Both the position numbers and the translations under genes were made by a program. The notes under the pieces were generated by a model that worked only from the letters and a program-made list of their open reading frames with translations, ran no database searches and was not told the origin of the DNA. Shown piece by piece: positions 24,952 through 38,163 of a stretch of 64,000 nucleotides of DNA. The stretch spans positions 1 through 64,000 of the forward strand of contig MCFH01000020.1 in assembly GCA_002104945.1 (NCBI GenBank), in the 5' to 3' direction. The stretch is from Piromyces finnis finn. Lineage: Eukaryota > Fungi > Neocallimastigomycota. Position 1 is the first letter of the stretch, and each line of letters starts with the position of its first letter.

Positions 24952-25627
24952 ATGTACAATTTTAGTTATTTAGTTACATATTTATATATTATTTCAATTA
25001 TTCAATTTGTTAATTCTTATAAAGAAGGTGATATACTAACAAAAAAAGAAGTATTAAATATTACAAATGAATATTATATTAGTTTTTATTGTAAAAATGA
25101 TATTTGTGTTTTAGTACATAATGAATACTTTGACAGAGTTATTGAAATTCCAAATGAAAATGGAACTATGATAAAATATATAACTTACACATGTTCTTAT
25201 GATAATATTATATCTGGTAAATGTAGTGATAAAACATGTGATGACTATGGAAATTATACTTATAATACGTGCAAAAATGATTCAGAATGTTTATCGAATA
25301 AATGTTTTAATAATTTTTGCATGTTTAATGAAGAAAATCCAATAGATCATTGTGATGATGTATATATAAAACCTTTTTATATTTAATGATAGAAGTTCAT
25401 ATATGTACTGTGGTAAGCCAAAAGGTGATTATTGTATAAAAAATGATGATTGTTCTTCTAAAAACTGTATGGATAATATATGTCAAAAACAAAGTAATGG
25501 TCCTTCTGCTAGTGAAGAGTCAATGGTTGCTATGGTGAAATCCTTTTTTTATTCTTTTATATTTATAATATTTATTATAATTATAATAATTTTATTTTGT
25601 TGTTATAAGAATAAATATAAAAAATAA
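24952..25627 (+). pseudogene. Cys-rich secreted/membrane protein gene (Dickkopf-like C-x2-N/D-x-D/E-C-x-S-x2-C motifs) split by a +1 frameshift near 25375-25385
   Basis: ORF 24952-25386: signal peptide, CKNDSECLSNKCFNNFC. ORF 25403-25627: CIKNDDCSSKNCMDNIC, TM helix, basic tail. The second frame is open across the junction (FNDRSSYMYCGK). No GT-AG intron I could find restores the frame. Could be a sequencing indel. Confidence 0.6.
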
Positions 25628-25827
25628 TTTTTATCATTTATATATATATATATAATAAATCTTAAAATTATTGTTTTGAAATTTCAATAATTTATCACTT
25701 TTTAGTTGTATTAAATTTATCTAATAAATATATTTTGATTATTTAAATATAAATATAAAATGATAAATAATATTTTTAAAATTTTAATAAAAAAATAGTA
25801 TTATTTAAAAATTTTGATTAATAAATA

Positions 25828-28101
25828 ATGAATATTATTCAATTAATCCGTAATTTATTACAAAGTGAAAAATGTTTATCTAATAAACATAAAATAATAA
25901 TTAATAATGAATATTTTTCATTTTTTGAAGGAATAAGTATTATTAATTGTAATAATCTTACTAAAGATAAATATACTATTGAATATATTGAATATAGTAA
26001 TGGTATTAAATATAACAATAATAATATAAATGACAATCTGAATAATTTTTTACTTATTAATACTTTTGAAAAAATATGCAATGAAAAAATATTTAAATAT
26101 AATTTTGATTTGAAAGATATAACAAAAACAAATTATTATATATCTATAAATATACCTTCATATACACTTAAAGATATTTATAATAAAATAATAAAGTTAA
26201 AATTACCAAATACTTGTCAATATGTAACTGCTTTTATCAAAAGAATAAATTACTATCATTACTTTAATAAAAGGTATACTGAAATGTATCAATATAATCA
26301 AGTGTTAATTGCAGAAGATAAAAATAAGAATATTAAAGATTCAGATAATTTCATAATTATTAAATGTTGTCATGATAGTATAAGAATCACTGGAAATAAA
26401 ATAACATTTTATGAAAGAGATACCTATGATAATATTATTTGTAAATTATTACCGTGTTTAAATTATTCAAGAGACCAAATACTAATTAGATTTAAACCAA
26501 GTATTGTTTCTTTTACTTATCCAATAGCTATAAATTTCCAACTGTTTGATTTGTTGTTATATGATAATGCTTTATATCCTTATATATATACTAATGAAAA
26601 TGAAGATATAATAAAAATAAAGAAAAATTGGTATATACAATAAATATCTTTAATCAATCATTAAATATGAAACTATATAACAAATATAAACATTTTACAG
26701 AAATTATCCAATTTCAAGAATTAGAATGGTATATGTATATGATTGTTAAAATAATATTAAATTATCTTTATTTATTATATATTGATTTTCATATAAGTTA
26801 TAATCAAAAAAATAAAATATTAAATATTCCATTAAAAATAAATTATAATCGATTATTTGGAAAATATTATACTAGATATTTTAATAATAAGGATAAAGTA
26901 TTACCAGTAATTGCTGATAAAGAAGAATGTATTAAGAATAATATACCATATGTACAGTGGAATAATAATTATTATAGATCACCAGAAAATTCAGGATATA
27001 AAATTATTCTTTCAACAAATAAAAATTCTACTGATAATAACTTTGTATTTCATGATAAAAAGTTATTATTTGATTCAGAATCAGAATCAAATCTTGTTCT
27101 TAAATGTGTTAAAGTGATAAGAAAGTACAAAAAAAAAGAAAAAGAAAAATATGTTTACTTTAATATAGCATATAAACTAGACAAACATTGTAAAGGAAAA
27201 TTTCCTTCCAATTTATTTATATCTTATGGCTATGAATTACAAGGTTTATATAGACAATATTTTGATATTCCAGAAATAAATAATAAATTTATAATATGTT
27301 CTAAATGTAATAAATACATTAATATTCCTAGTCAACATGAATTAATAAATTGGATAAAAGAAAAGTTTAAGAATAAACAATTAAAACTAATAAATGAAAA
27401 TTACAATTACAATGATATTAATATACTATCTTTTTCAGTAGATAATAATATGAATATATATCCATATTGTGTTTTTGATTATGTCTACAATTGTAATTCT
27501 TCTTTTCCCTTTTTAATAATAATGTTAAATACATGTAAATTATTTACACTTACTAATTATAGATATGAATATGTAGTAAGTTCAGATAAGAGTTTGTTCA
27601 ATATTAATAATGATTTTGTACAAGCTATATTTTCTATGTTTAAAAAAAATTCAATTTCAATCATAGATAATGCTAAATTAAATAAATACATTAAACAATA
27701 TGTTTCATGTTTCAGATAATAAAACAGTTTTAATAACAGAAAAGGAATTTCCAGATGAAAAGGTATATTTATGGAGATCGATTTATTCAGAAATAATACC
27801 AACAATACCAATAATAAAAGATAATGATGAATTATACAATACACTACCATCATTTTCTTTTTTATGTAAGAATATTAAAAATATAACTGCATATCACTAT
27901 AGTATTATGAATGAAAACAATAAAAAAAGTTATTATCTATGGTGTGATGTATGGGATAATGAAGATTATTATCCATGTAAAGCATCCATAGAAATATTAA
28001 AATCAACTATCATTAATAAACCTTATTTATTATTAAAAATAAATTTAGATGGATCTATCTATTCATCTTTCAAAAATAATTCTATTTATATGATTTTTTA
28101 G
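25828..28101 (+). pseudogene. Intronless ~750-aa ORF in three frameshifted pieces, resembling the Nucleocytoviricota early transcription factor large subunit (VETF-L / poxvirus A7-like)
   Basis: Overlapping ORFs 25828-26643, 26628-27719, 27700-28101 join into one frame by two single repairs. The order of motif-like segments (FDLLLYDNALYPYIYTNE..KK; LFGKYYTR..LPVIADKEE; NYYRSP..; YKLDKHCKGKFPSNL..YRQ; INILSF; YEYVV; KQYVSDNKT) follows my recollection of giant-virus VETF-L proteins. Not verified by search. Confidence 0.5.
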
Positions 28102-28813
28102 TTAGTAAGATACTATCACATAAAATTATTTTTTTAAATTTTATATTTATTTATTTGTTTTGTTATTATTTAAATAATTATTTTTAAAATTGGAATTCAA
28201 TATTGTAATTTCGTTATTATAAAGAATTAACAAATTTATATTAAAAGCATGATTCATTATAATATGTATAATATACATTACTAGTAATATTCTATATATG
28301 TATATGTTAATTTTTAAAAGCATGCATTTAAAAAAAAAAGTAATAAAAAACACAATATACTAAACAATAAATACACAAAAAAAAAAAAAAACTATATTAT
28401 ATTTTTATAATAAATAATTTCTTTATTATATATATAAATATTTTTTTTTTTTTAGAATTATATATAGTAGTTATTTGCGATAAATTATGATAATATATGA
28501 TATGTGATTATATAGTTTAATAAATTAAAATTTCTTTATGTATATATGTTTTAAAACTTTAGATAGAATTTTTTTTTTTTAAATTGAATCTCTATTTTTT
28601 TCTCATTATACCTATTGTACATCTATTCTAATCTCTATTTTTTTTTCCTTCTTTGCATTTCTTTTTAATAATATAATTGGGTATTCATTTTTATATTATA
28701 GATTATTAAATTGAGTCTTTTTTGCGATATAGTTCAAAATAAAAAAAGTACAAAGGAAAGAAAAATCCCCAAAAAAAATAATATTTATTTTTCTTTATTT
28801 TACATTTATTTGT

Positions 28814-29504
28814 TTATTCATCATCATCTTCATCATCACTACTTGACCAATACCAACGATTGGAATTTTCATTAACTTCTTCTTCTGAAAACACTTGATT
28901 AATTGTGAAAACATTTGATGTATTTTCATATTCCATATTATCTTTTTCACTTAATGGTGATAAAAGTTGTGTTGGTTTAGTTTGAAAAGCATTTTCATTA
29001 TCATGAAAAGTTTGAATATAATAACGTGGTCTCTGTGATACAGGTGATTTTGATTCTTTTGGTGGTGAAGAATATACTGATGGCATATCTGTCTTCATTA
29101 TTGATATCATTAACATATTAGAATATTCATTATTAGTATTATATGAGCTCTCAGAACCACTTAAATTTTGTGATTTTGTTGATGGAGGAATATTTATAAA
29201 TGGCGATGATGATCTTCTATTAACAACTGTAGTACTTTTTACATTACAGAAAGGATGTGAGTGTTTACGATTTTTAAATTCGAGGGTATAATTATTATCA
29301 TTTACAATAGAACTTTTCTTTTTTAAATCGTTTAAACGACATTCTTTACAGCAGTATAAATACTATTAAAAAATTATATTAATTATTAGTATATGGTAAA
29401 AAAAAAAAGAAATTCATTTATTTAAATAATGATAAATTTATAGTTAGGATATTTACTTCACTGCATTTTCCACAATTAATACACCAGTTTAAGAAAAAGT
29501 CCAT
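28814..29504 (-). CDS. Ecl1/2/3-family (extender of chronological lifespan) zinc-finger protein; 2 exons (29504-29457, 29362-28814)
   Basis: Spliced N-terminus MDFFLNWCINCGKCSEYLYCCKECRLNDL fits C-x2-C...LYC-x3-C-R-x2-D; S/P-rich disordered remainder; exon lengths are in frame. Confidence 0.72.
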
Positions 29505-31511
29505 TTTATATTATATAGGATAGGATAGTATTATAGTTTTATATTGTTGATGGTAAATATTTTTTAAAGGTATGTTGTTAACTTTAATATTTATCTTCAG
29601 GTTAATTCGTTTCAATTTTATATTTGTATTACGATATACTTTTTTACAATATACTCATACTAAATACAAAATTTTATACAGTTACTTTAAATTCTAAAAT
29701 ATGATACAACGGCGGTTGAAATAAAGATATAAAATATATATATATATTTTTTTTTACTTTGAATTATTTATATGTAAAACTTTAACATTGAATATTACAA
29801 TTATAAAATAATTGAACATTGAAAATATAAAAGAATAAAATTTTATTTTTTTTCTTTAAGAGTTTATAAAATTATCTTTTTAAAAGAATAGAAAGGTAAA
29901 ACCTTTTCCTTTTATATTCAATAAATTTTCCACAATTTTTATTTATTTTTTTTTATTTCATCAATTTAATTAAAAAATTTAAAGTTTTACAATAAGAATT
30001 AAAACTTATTGGTATTAATGATATCATAATATATTTACAATGAATTGTTTCCTATATTAATTAATTTATATTTATTAACTAATAAAAGAATGATATTAAA
30101 CAAATAATTATTACATTATTGGGTTTTATAAATAAGTGGAAAAAAGCGAGCAGGAAAAAAAATAAAATGTAACTGTAATATATATAAAATTCAATAGTTT
30201 CAATAGAATTTTATTTATTAGGAATATAATCTTGTTTGTATTATTATTCCTGTAATAATCTATTTATTAATCTATTTTAATTAGTATTAATATATTTTAA
30301 ATTGACTTTTATTAATAGTAAATAAATATATTATGCTAACTTTATTATATTATTCTTTATCAACCTCTTTTTTTTTTTTTAAAAATCTATATATTATGGT
30401 TTATTCTATATAAAATATATTATTATATAAAATAGTATATATTACTATATATTATTAAATATACATAAAATAAATTCTATTGAATTTTATTACTAAAAAA
30501 AGTTGGTGATAATTAATTAATATGGGTTATTTGTAAACTTTTCTTATATATTAAAAATTAAAAAAAATATAATTAGTTAATTTATATTATTTATTTTAAT
30601 AAAAATTATATTACATTTGAAATATATTAATTTAATATATTTTATCATAATCTAATTCATTAATATATTTTGTTAAAGTAATACAAATATATTAGGTTTA
30701 TTTATTAGATTATATTAATAATTTATTCTAACATAATATATATAATATATGGATAAAATATATTTTAATATATTAGGAAATAGAATCATTCTATTTTATT
30801 ATTGAATTAACTTTTTCTATCAAATGATAATGAAATTATAAATAGTAAATATATGATAAATTCAAAACTTTGATTTACTATCAAATTAGGCTATTTATCT
30901 ATTTCTATTGTAAATAAACTATATTCAATTTATATTTTAACCATTTAAAATTTATAAGGAAAAAATAAGAATTTCTTAGTTATCTTCAAATAATAATTTT
31001 TTCCTATGAAAGAAAGACCCCTATTCAATGGAAAAAATTTCCACCAAAGAGGAATTAAAAGGATATTTTAAAAGATAAAGTACCCTGAATTAAATTAAAA
31101 TTACTAAAAATAAAAATTGGTATTTATAATTATTTATAATTAGATTTAATAATGAAAATAGGGTTTTAATTAATATTTTCCAGAAATAATAATGGTTTTA
31201 ATATAATTAAATAGAAAAATATGCAATGCATGCATGATGAAGGTAGTGATTGAACTATTTATAATTTACAAATAATCCCAACGTTCAAATTTCTATCAAC
31301 TGCTGAATTATGATAACATCATATATTAATTTATGATTATTTTTCATATTTTTATGTTATATGTTTATAAATTTTATATATATTAGTAATACATATTATA
31401 TATTTAATGAGTATATTTATAATATATATTATAAAAATTAAATAGCTACCTTTTTTAAAAAAAATTAAATTTATAAATTTTTTTTTAAAAAAAAAGTTTT
31501 TTTTTTATTTT

Positions 31512-31640
31512 CACTTAAAGTTATGATATTCTTTAGCATGCTTCTAACACTATTCTCTTTCATACTAATGTTTAACACTTAAAGTTATAATGATTTTCTT
31601 TGGAATACTATTCTCTTTCATAATAATATTTAACACTTAA
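31512..31640. repeat. Degenerate ~57-60-bp tandem repeat (about 2 copies)
   Basis: cacttaaagttat...ctattctctttcata.taat.tttaacacttaa recurs. Confidence 0.55.
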
Positions 31641-32069
31641 TATTTAATAGTAAAAAATGAAAAAAAAAATGCTATTTTTGTTACTCCGAGTGCATTAGAA
31701 TTAAAATTCATTTTTGAGACATTTTCATTATTTATGATAATTTAAATTTTTGTAATTAAACTTTAATAATTATACTTTTAATTTGATGTAATTAATAATT
31801 AATTTATTTTTTCACATGTTATATTAAATTCATAAAAAATGATACTTATATAGGAATTTGTGGCACCTATTACTCCATACTAAGTTTAATTAATATCAAA
31901 AATTTATTTTGAATAAAGTGATAACAAAAATATTATTAATTATATTATTAATAATTAATAATATTTTGATTTATTAATAATATTATTATACTATTGTTTT
32001 TTTAATAATATAAAAAAAAAGTAAATTAATAATTAGTAGTAGGAAAGAAACCATTATATTATTCTGACA

Positions 32070-32172
32070 TTAAACATTAAATGAGAATAAAAATAAGTAA
32101 TAAAACAATTAACAATGTTAAAAATAAAATAAACTGATTTATTACTTATTTTTATTCTCATTTAATGTTTAA
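32070..32172. repeat. Perfect 35-bp inverted repeat with 33-nt spacer
   Basis: 32070-32104 ttaaacattaaatgagaataaaaataagtaataaa is the exact reverse complement of 32138-32172. Confidence 0.9.
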
Positions 32173-35100
32173 CATTGTTAATGAAAGTTATAGTTCATAT
32201 AATTGCAAATCATCCACCATCATTTAATATTTTGAAAAAATGTTATTTTTTGGTTTATATTTTATTTATTCTTAAATAATTAATATATTTTCATTACTAT
32301 GCCCAATTTATATATTATATACATTAATATTAGAAGCTAAAATAATTTTGTCGTAATTTTTTGACAAAACTTATAAATTACGACGAAATTAAAAGTAGGA
32401 GTGAGGAAGAGTTATCAGTAGAGTAGAATATACAAATATTACCTATAATTTATTCAAGAAATATTTCGAAATAAAGAAAAATGAATTAAAGTGTTTTGCA
32501 ATTTGCTAATTGTACTTTTATTTACTTTTTTAAATATTCTTTTTATTTTATTTTATATTTCTCTATTACTTATTCAATAAAATATATCATTTTAACCTTT
32601 AAAAATTTATATATAAGGTTAGTATGGTTAAAAATTTTATAAAAAAAATGTATAATAAAATCTAAAATTTATACTTTATTTTAATTATATATTTCATTAT
32701 AATCTAATATATTAATCATTATTACTAATTAAATTTTTGAATTTTAACTATTAGATATACTTTTTATATATTATATTATATAATATTATATAATATTATT
32801 AATTTAAAACTTTTTCAACTTTTTTTTTTTTAAATTTTGGATAAGAACAAATTTGATATGAGAAAATAAGGTTAAATATTTATTTAAATATCAACAACAA
32901 CAAAAAGAGAAAAATAAAACTTTTTATGAGAGTTAGAAATGAATTATAAACAAAAGAAAGTCATAGTTTAATAAATAATAAAGCTTATTAAATTATAAAA
33001 AAAAGAATATTTTAGGTCATTCTTTTTACTTTTGTATTTTGAAACATTTTTGGTGGTGATAGTTCTAGATTCTTGTTGTTGTAACATTTGGTTTAATTAA
33101 TTATTTTATTTTAATTTAAGTAATTAATTTTAATTTATTAAATACATTTTAAATACATTTTAAATACGTTTTACAATATTGTACATTTTATTAATAAAAA
33201 AGAAAGGATAAAACTTACATAAAATAATGCGGCGGCCATTGTAATGAACATTTCATGCATTCATATTGTATATAAATGGATGGATTATTGTTAGTACATA
33301 TAATTAATAACAATATGAAAAATTAAGAAAGATAAAAAGGTTTAAATTATAATTTTTTTTAATTAATCCTATCGGTTAGAATTAATCAAAAAAAAAAAAA
33401 AAATGGATGTTTCATGAAAAAAAAAAACTTTTTTTTCTTATCAAGAAGAATCTGGTTCTAGCCAAAAATTCATTCTTAGCCATGTTACATATAATTTACT
33501 ATTTAAAATTATTAATATATATATTTTAAAATGTTACTTTAATATTTATAAGCCATTATAATCAAATTTGACTAAAAAAGAAGAGAATTTCATTTTATAT
33601 TAAAATTTTTACAAAAAAAAAAAAAAAACTATTTTTTTTAAAGTCTATTTTTAAAAATGAATAGTAAAAGCTATAGTTTTTCACAGTCAATTGTATATGT
33701 GCATATTTAGTTATTTTTACTATAAATACTTTTATTCTATGGTATAAAAATGTAAATTATAAAGATTATTTGAATTTTTCACTCTAAAAAACGCTATAAT
33801 TCATCTTTCCTTTTTTAATTGTTCTAGAACTTGGTTCTTTTTTTTTTATTAAAAAAATTTGGTATTGGAAGGTCCATTTCAAAGAACAAAAAGAAGCATC
33901 GATTTAATATATTAAAAAAAAAAATAGAATTTTATTTAAAATGGTTTAAAAAACAATTGAAAAAAGTTTTAATAAATATTATATATTTATTTGAATGTAT
34001 TATAATATATATAATTTTTATTATGAAAATAGATTTCTTTTCATTTCACCAATAATCTTTTAGTTAATGGATGACAAACGATGAATTTAAATTTTAAAGT
34101 TCATAAATAAATTTAGTATGTTTTTTTTTTCTTTCTTTATTAATGTAATAAATAATAATGAAATGGCAGTAATTTTAATAATTAAAATAGTTCATCTATT
34201 TATCATATAGTTAATAGTTATATAATGATTACTAGAGTTTATTTTTTTCTATTATTGATGAAGAACACAGTTGTAAAAAAATAAAGTCATTATCATTGCC
34301 TTGTTCAAATTAAAAGAACGAATGATTTGAAGAATATCATTTAATTTAATTTAAATACCATTAGTTGATATATACAAAATTAATAATATAATTAATAATA
34401 AAATCATAAGAACATTTAATATTGAAATAATAAGTTAGATTACAATTTAAATTATTTTTTTTTATGTTAATATGTTAATATTATCATACATCTATTCTAT
34501 TGATTTATTATATCACCCAAATGATATATAAATATTTTTTATTAAGAAAAAAAAAAAAAAAAGGCCTGTTTTTCATTCCTAATTTTAATTAATTTATGAA
34601 TGCTTTATATATAGCTTTACGACTTAATTTCATTTTATGAAAAATAAATAATACTTTGAGATTAATAGGACAAAATAAATTATTTTATAGTACTATATTT
34701 CACTGAAAAATTATATGAATTATTTATTTGAATATATACAAGTAAATCTTTAATATTTCACCTTTTTTCTTATTTTTTATTTTATAAAAAATAATGGGAA
34801 AAAAAATTACTTTTTTTTTTTTTAATCCTATCACTCGCTTTAATATCTTTTATTAATTAAACATTTCTTTTATATATTTGCCATTAAAAAAAGTTTTCGC
34901 CTTTTTTTTTTTTTTTTATTTATCTATCTCTATGATATACTATTAATAAAATCTAGTATATACGTATATATACTTTTCTTTTATTATCAATATATAGGAA
35001 TAAGCATTAAACGGATGGATGTACCTTGTGACTTTTTTTTTTTTTATACGGACTATTTATTTATTTTGATAGGTGACATTTTATAAATAATTTAAATTAG

Positions 35101-35549
35101 TATAATTAAAATTTTTAAAAATTAAAAGGTTACACTTGATCATTAAACATTTTTTTGTATAAATTATTAGAGTCGTAGGGAGAAATTAAAATCGATTCAT
35201 CATTTTTTTTTTTTAACCTCTATACTAAAATTCTTTTCTATTTTTAGGTGGTTTCCTTTTATTCAACTATTATAATGATCTATGAAAAATAGAGGTATAT
35301 CTAGGGTTAAAAACAACAATAACTACAAGCTTTTTTTTTTTTTTTTTTTTAGTTTTTTAATTTTTTTTTATTATTTAATAAATATTTACAAAGTTTTTTT
35401 TTTTTAACGGGAATTGTTTTTTTTTAAAATTGTTTTTTTTTTCTTATCTTTTTCGGATTTCAATATTAAATTGAAATATATATATATTATAATAAATATT
35501 GATGGCTTTATTAAATATAAAATTAAAATGACTATATTTGTGCTAATTT

Positions 35550-35595
<46 letters not shown>

Positions 35596-35726
35596 AATAA
35601 AACTTTGATATTGAGAAAAAAAAAAAAAAGAAATTTCAAAAAGGTAAAGATTATATATGAATATTATATTTATATTGTTGTATTATCGGCAGTTATTTTT
35701 TCTTTATTTTATGCTTGTGTGTATTT

Positions 35727-37470
35727 TTATCTGTATCTTCTTGGACTTCTGCTTCTATATCTATCTCTGGAAGATCTTCTGTCATATCTTCGGTAATCAT
35801 GATAATCTCTACTACTATGACTTCTATCACGATCTCTATCTCTATCTCTACTACTACGACTTCTTTCACGGTCTCTATCACGACTTCTATCTCTATCATG
35901 ACTACCGTGTCTATAATCATAATCTCTTCTATAATCTCTATTCTTATTTAATTTTTCGATTAAAGCCTTGACATAAAAAATATTAATTTCATTTAGATGA
36001 TATTTATAAAAGTATATTGTTGATGGTGTTGGTGTTATTAATTTATGGAAAGAAAAAATTAATATAAAATTTGATAAGAATATTATTTTATATATTGTAT
36101 TATAAATACTTAATATAATTTATATTTTTATTTATTTAATCCTTATAAAACTATTTACCTTATTTTGTTCTAGTGCTTCTCTAATTCTCTTATATCCTGA
36201 ATGCTGTTTACCTTGCAAGTGAGCATCAAGTCGCTGAGAACAATCATTAACAACTAATATAGCACCACAAACTTCACATACTTCCATTAATTTTTTATTT
36301 TTTGAATCACCTTTATCTCCCTACATATATTTATATATTTAAAAAACAAAGATCATATATGTATTTTATTAATAATTACAAGGTATAACAATGTTTCTAT
36401 TAAAATTTTTGATATATTACTAATTTTTTAAATAATTTGAATTTCCTTTATTAAAAAATAATACTATTTTTATTGTACCTTTAAGGTTGCTAATTCTGTA
36501 TTTTTTTCTTCTAACATCTTTAATTGCTTAACAGCCTCTTTGACATTGCCTGATTTTCCTGCTTTCTCTACTTCTTTTACTATTGTTTCAATTTTATCTT
36601 CTAACAATATAATTTTTTCTTCTCTTTCGTCTTTACTTTGTGTCTTTTTTTAACCAAAAATTTTATATGGATTTAGATATGGTAAAAAAAAAATAATATA
36701 TTTTTTTATATAATACTTACAGATTCTTCAACTTTCATTTCAACTCTTTCTTTTCCTTTTTTTATTTTTCTATCCAAATCATTAACCAACATTTGTAAGT
36801 ATTCATAAAAATCTCTTTCCCATCCATAACGATCATTTTCTGAATTTTTTAAATATCTATTAAATTATTTATAAAATAAATGTATTCCACATTTTTAATA
36901 TTTTAAAAATTAGAAATAAAATTATCAAGAAAGAATATATTAAAAATATTATTTTCATTTTAAAATGTATTATAAAATTGGTATAGGAAAGTTACTCTTC
37001 TCTTAAATGTTCATCATGAATTTTGTCACATGGACCTTTGTAAAATTGAATTTCATTTTTAATATAAATTACAAATTTAATTACTTTTATTATACTTTTA
37101 AATTTTTTGTATTTTTATTTATAAATACCTAAATCTGATTTAGTATTAACAAATAATTCACTAGGACAGAAACCCCCAGCTAAATAGTGTCTACATACCT
37201 AGAAGGAAAAAAAAAAATTAGAATAATTTTTTAAGAAATTTATATTTTTTCTTTGTGTTAATATCTAATTTAATAAATTTATTGATTTTCAAATAATTAT
37301 TTCATATTATATCTTTATACTTTTATAGAATAAAAAAAAAAAAAATTAAAATAATATTATTTTTCTCCTCTATTAATAATCTTATTTACTTCATCATCTG
37401 TAAAACTTCGCTGACTTGAGGGCATATAAGGATTCATTAATCCTTTTAAAATTTGTCTTTGAAAATCCAT
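35727..37470 (-). CDS. LUC7: U1 snRNP-associated splicing factor LUC7; 7 exons, RS/RD-rich C-terminus
   Basis: Spliced translation MDFQRQILKGLM...SFTDDEVCRHYLAGGFCPSELFVNTKSDLGPCDKIHDEHLREEY... and second zinc finger MEVCEVCGAILVVNDCSQRLDAHLQGKQHSGY. Last exon 35966-35727 encodes RDRSRSPRRYR*. Confidence 0.93.
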
Positions 37471-38163
37471 TTTTTAAAAGCTTCTATAATTATGGTATGA
37501 TAATATATTTATTTTTTTTTTGTTTAATTGGTGTTTCTGTCTATATTATCTAAGGAATATTGCGAAGGATATAAAATTAAATATAAATTAATAAATGCTT
37601 GAAATTTAAAAATGTATAAAGTGGAAAAAAATTTTTTTTTTTATTGTATTTTATTTTTTTTTTTAAAAAAATATTTAATTTGGATGATCATCCAATTAAA
37701 ACTTAATTAAAAAAGTAAATGTAAATTTTCAAAATAAAAAATAAAAAAAAAAGAAGAGATATATAAAATTCATAAAACGACTAGTTTTTAATATAGTACA
37801 CTAATTATTCAACGATATGCTTTGTTTTAATTCATTTACAAATGATTTTTATTTATTTATTATTATTTTTTTTAGTTTAGATACAATATATAAGAAAATA
37901 TTTTTTTATATGAAATTACTAGCATATTCAATTCTTTTACTTTTAATAAAATATAAACTTTTGTTATTTTTTTTTATATGCTTCACAAAGTTCTTTCAAT
38001 AATACAAATAACAAATGTAACTAAACACTAATTACTGTTTTTGTTTTTATGATAGTGATTTAAAAAAATAAAAATGACTACATATTATAAATGGATAAAT
38101 AGATATTAACAAAAATAATAGATTATAGAACAAATTTATGTTTTAAATTATATATATATTTTT

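Noticed and set aside
29600-35600. Possible transposase or gene remnants (GC-richer flecks near 31010-31320, 33230, 33430-33500, 33800-33900; ORF 33831-34055)
   Set aside because: No sustained reading frame or recognisable motif; cannot be supported.
35657-35971. ORFs 35657-35971, 35693-35920, 35715-35951
   Set aside because: Alternative frames or antisense of the repetitive RS/RD exon of LUC7.
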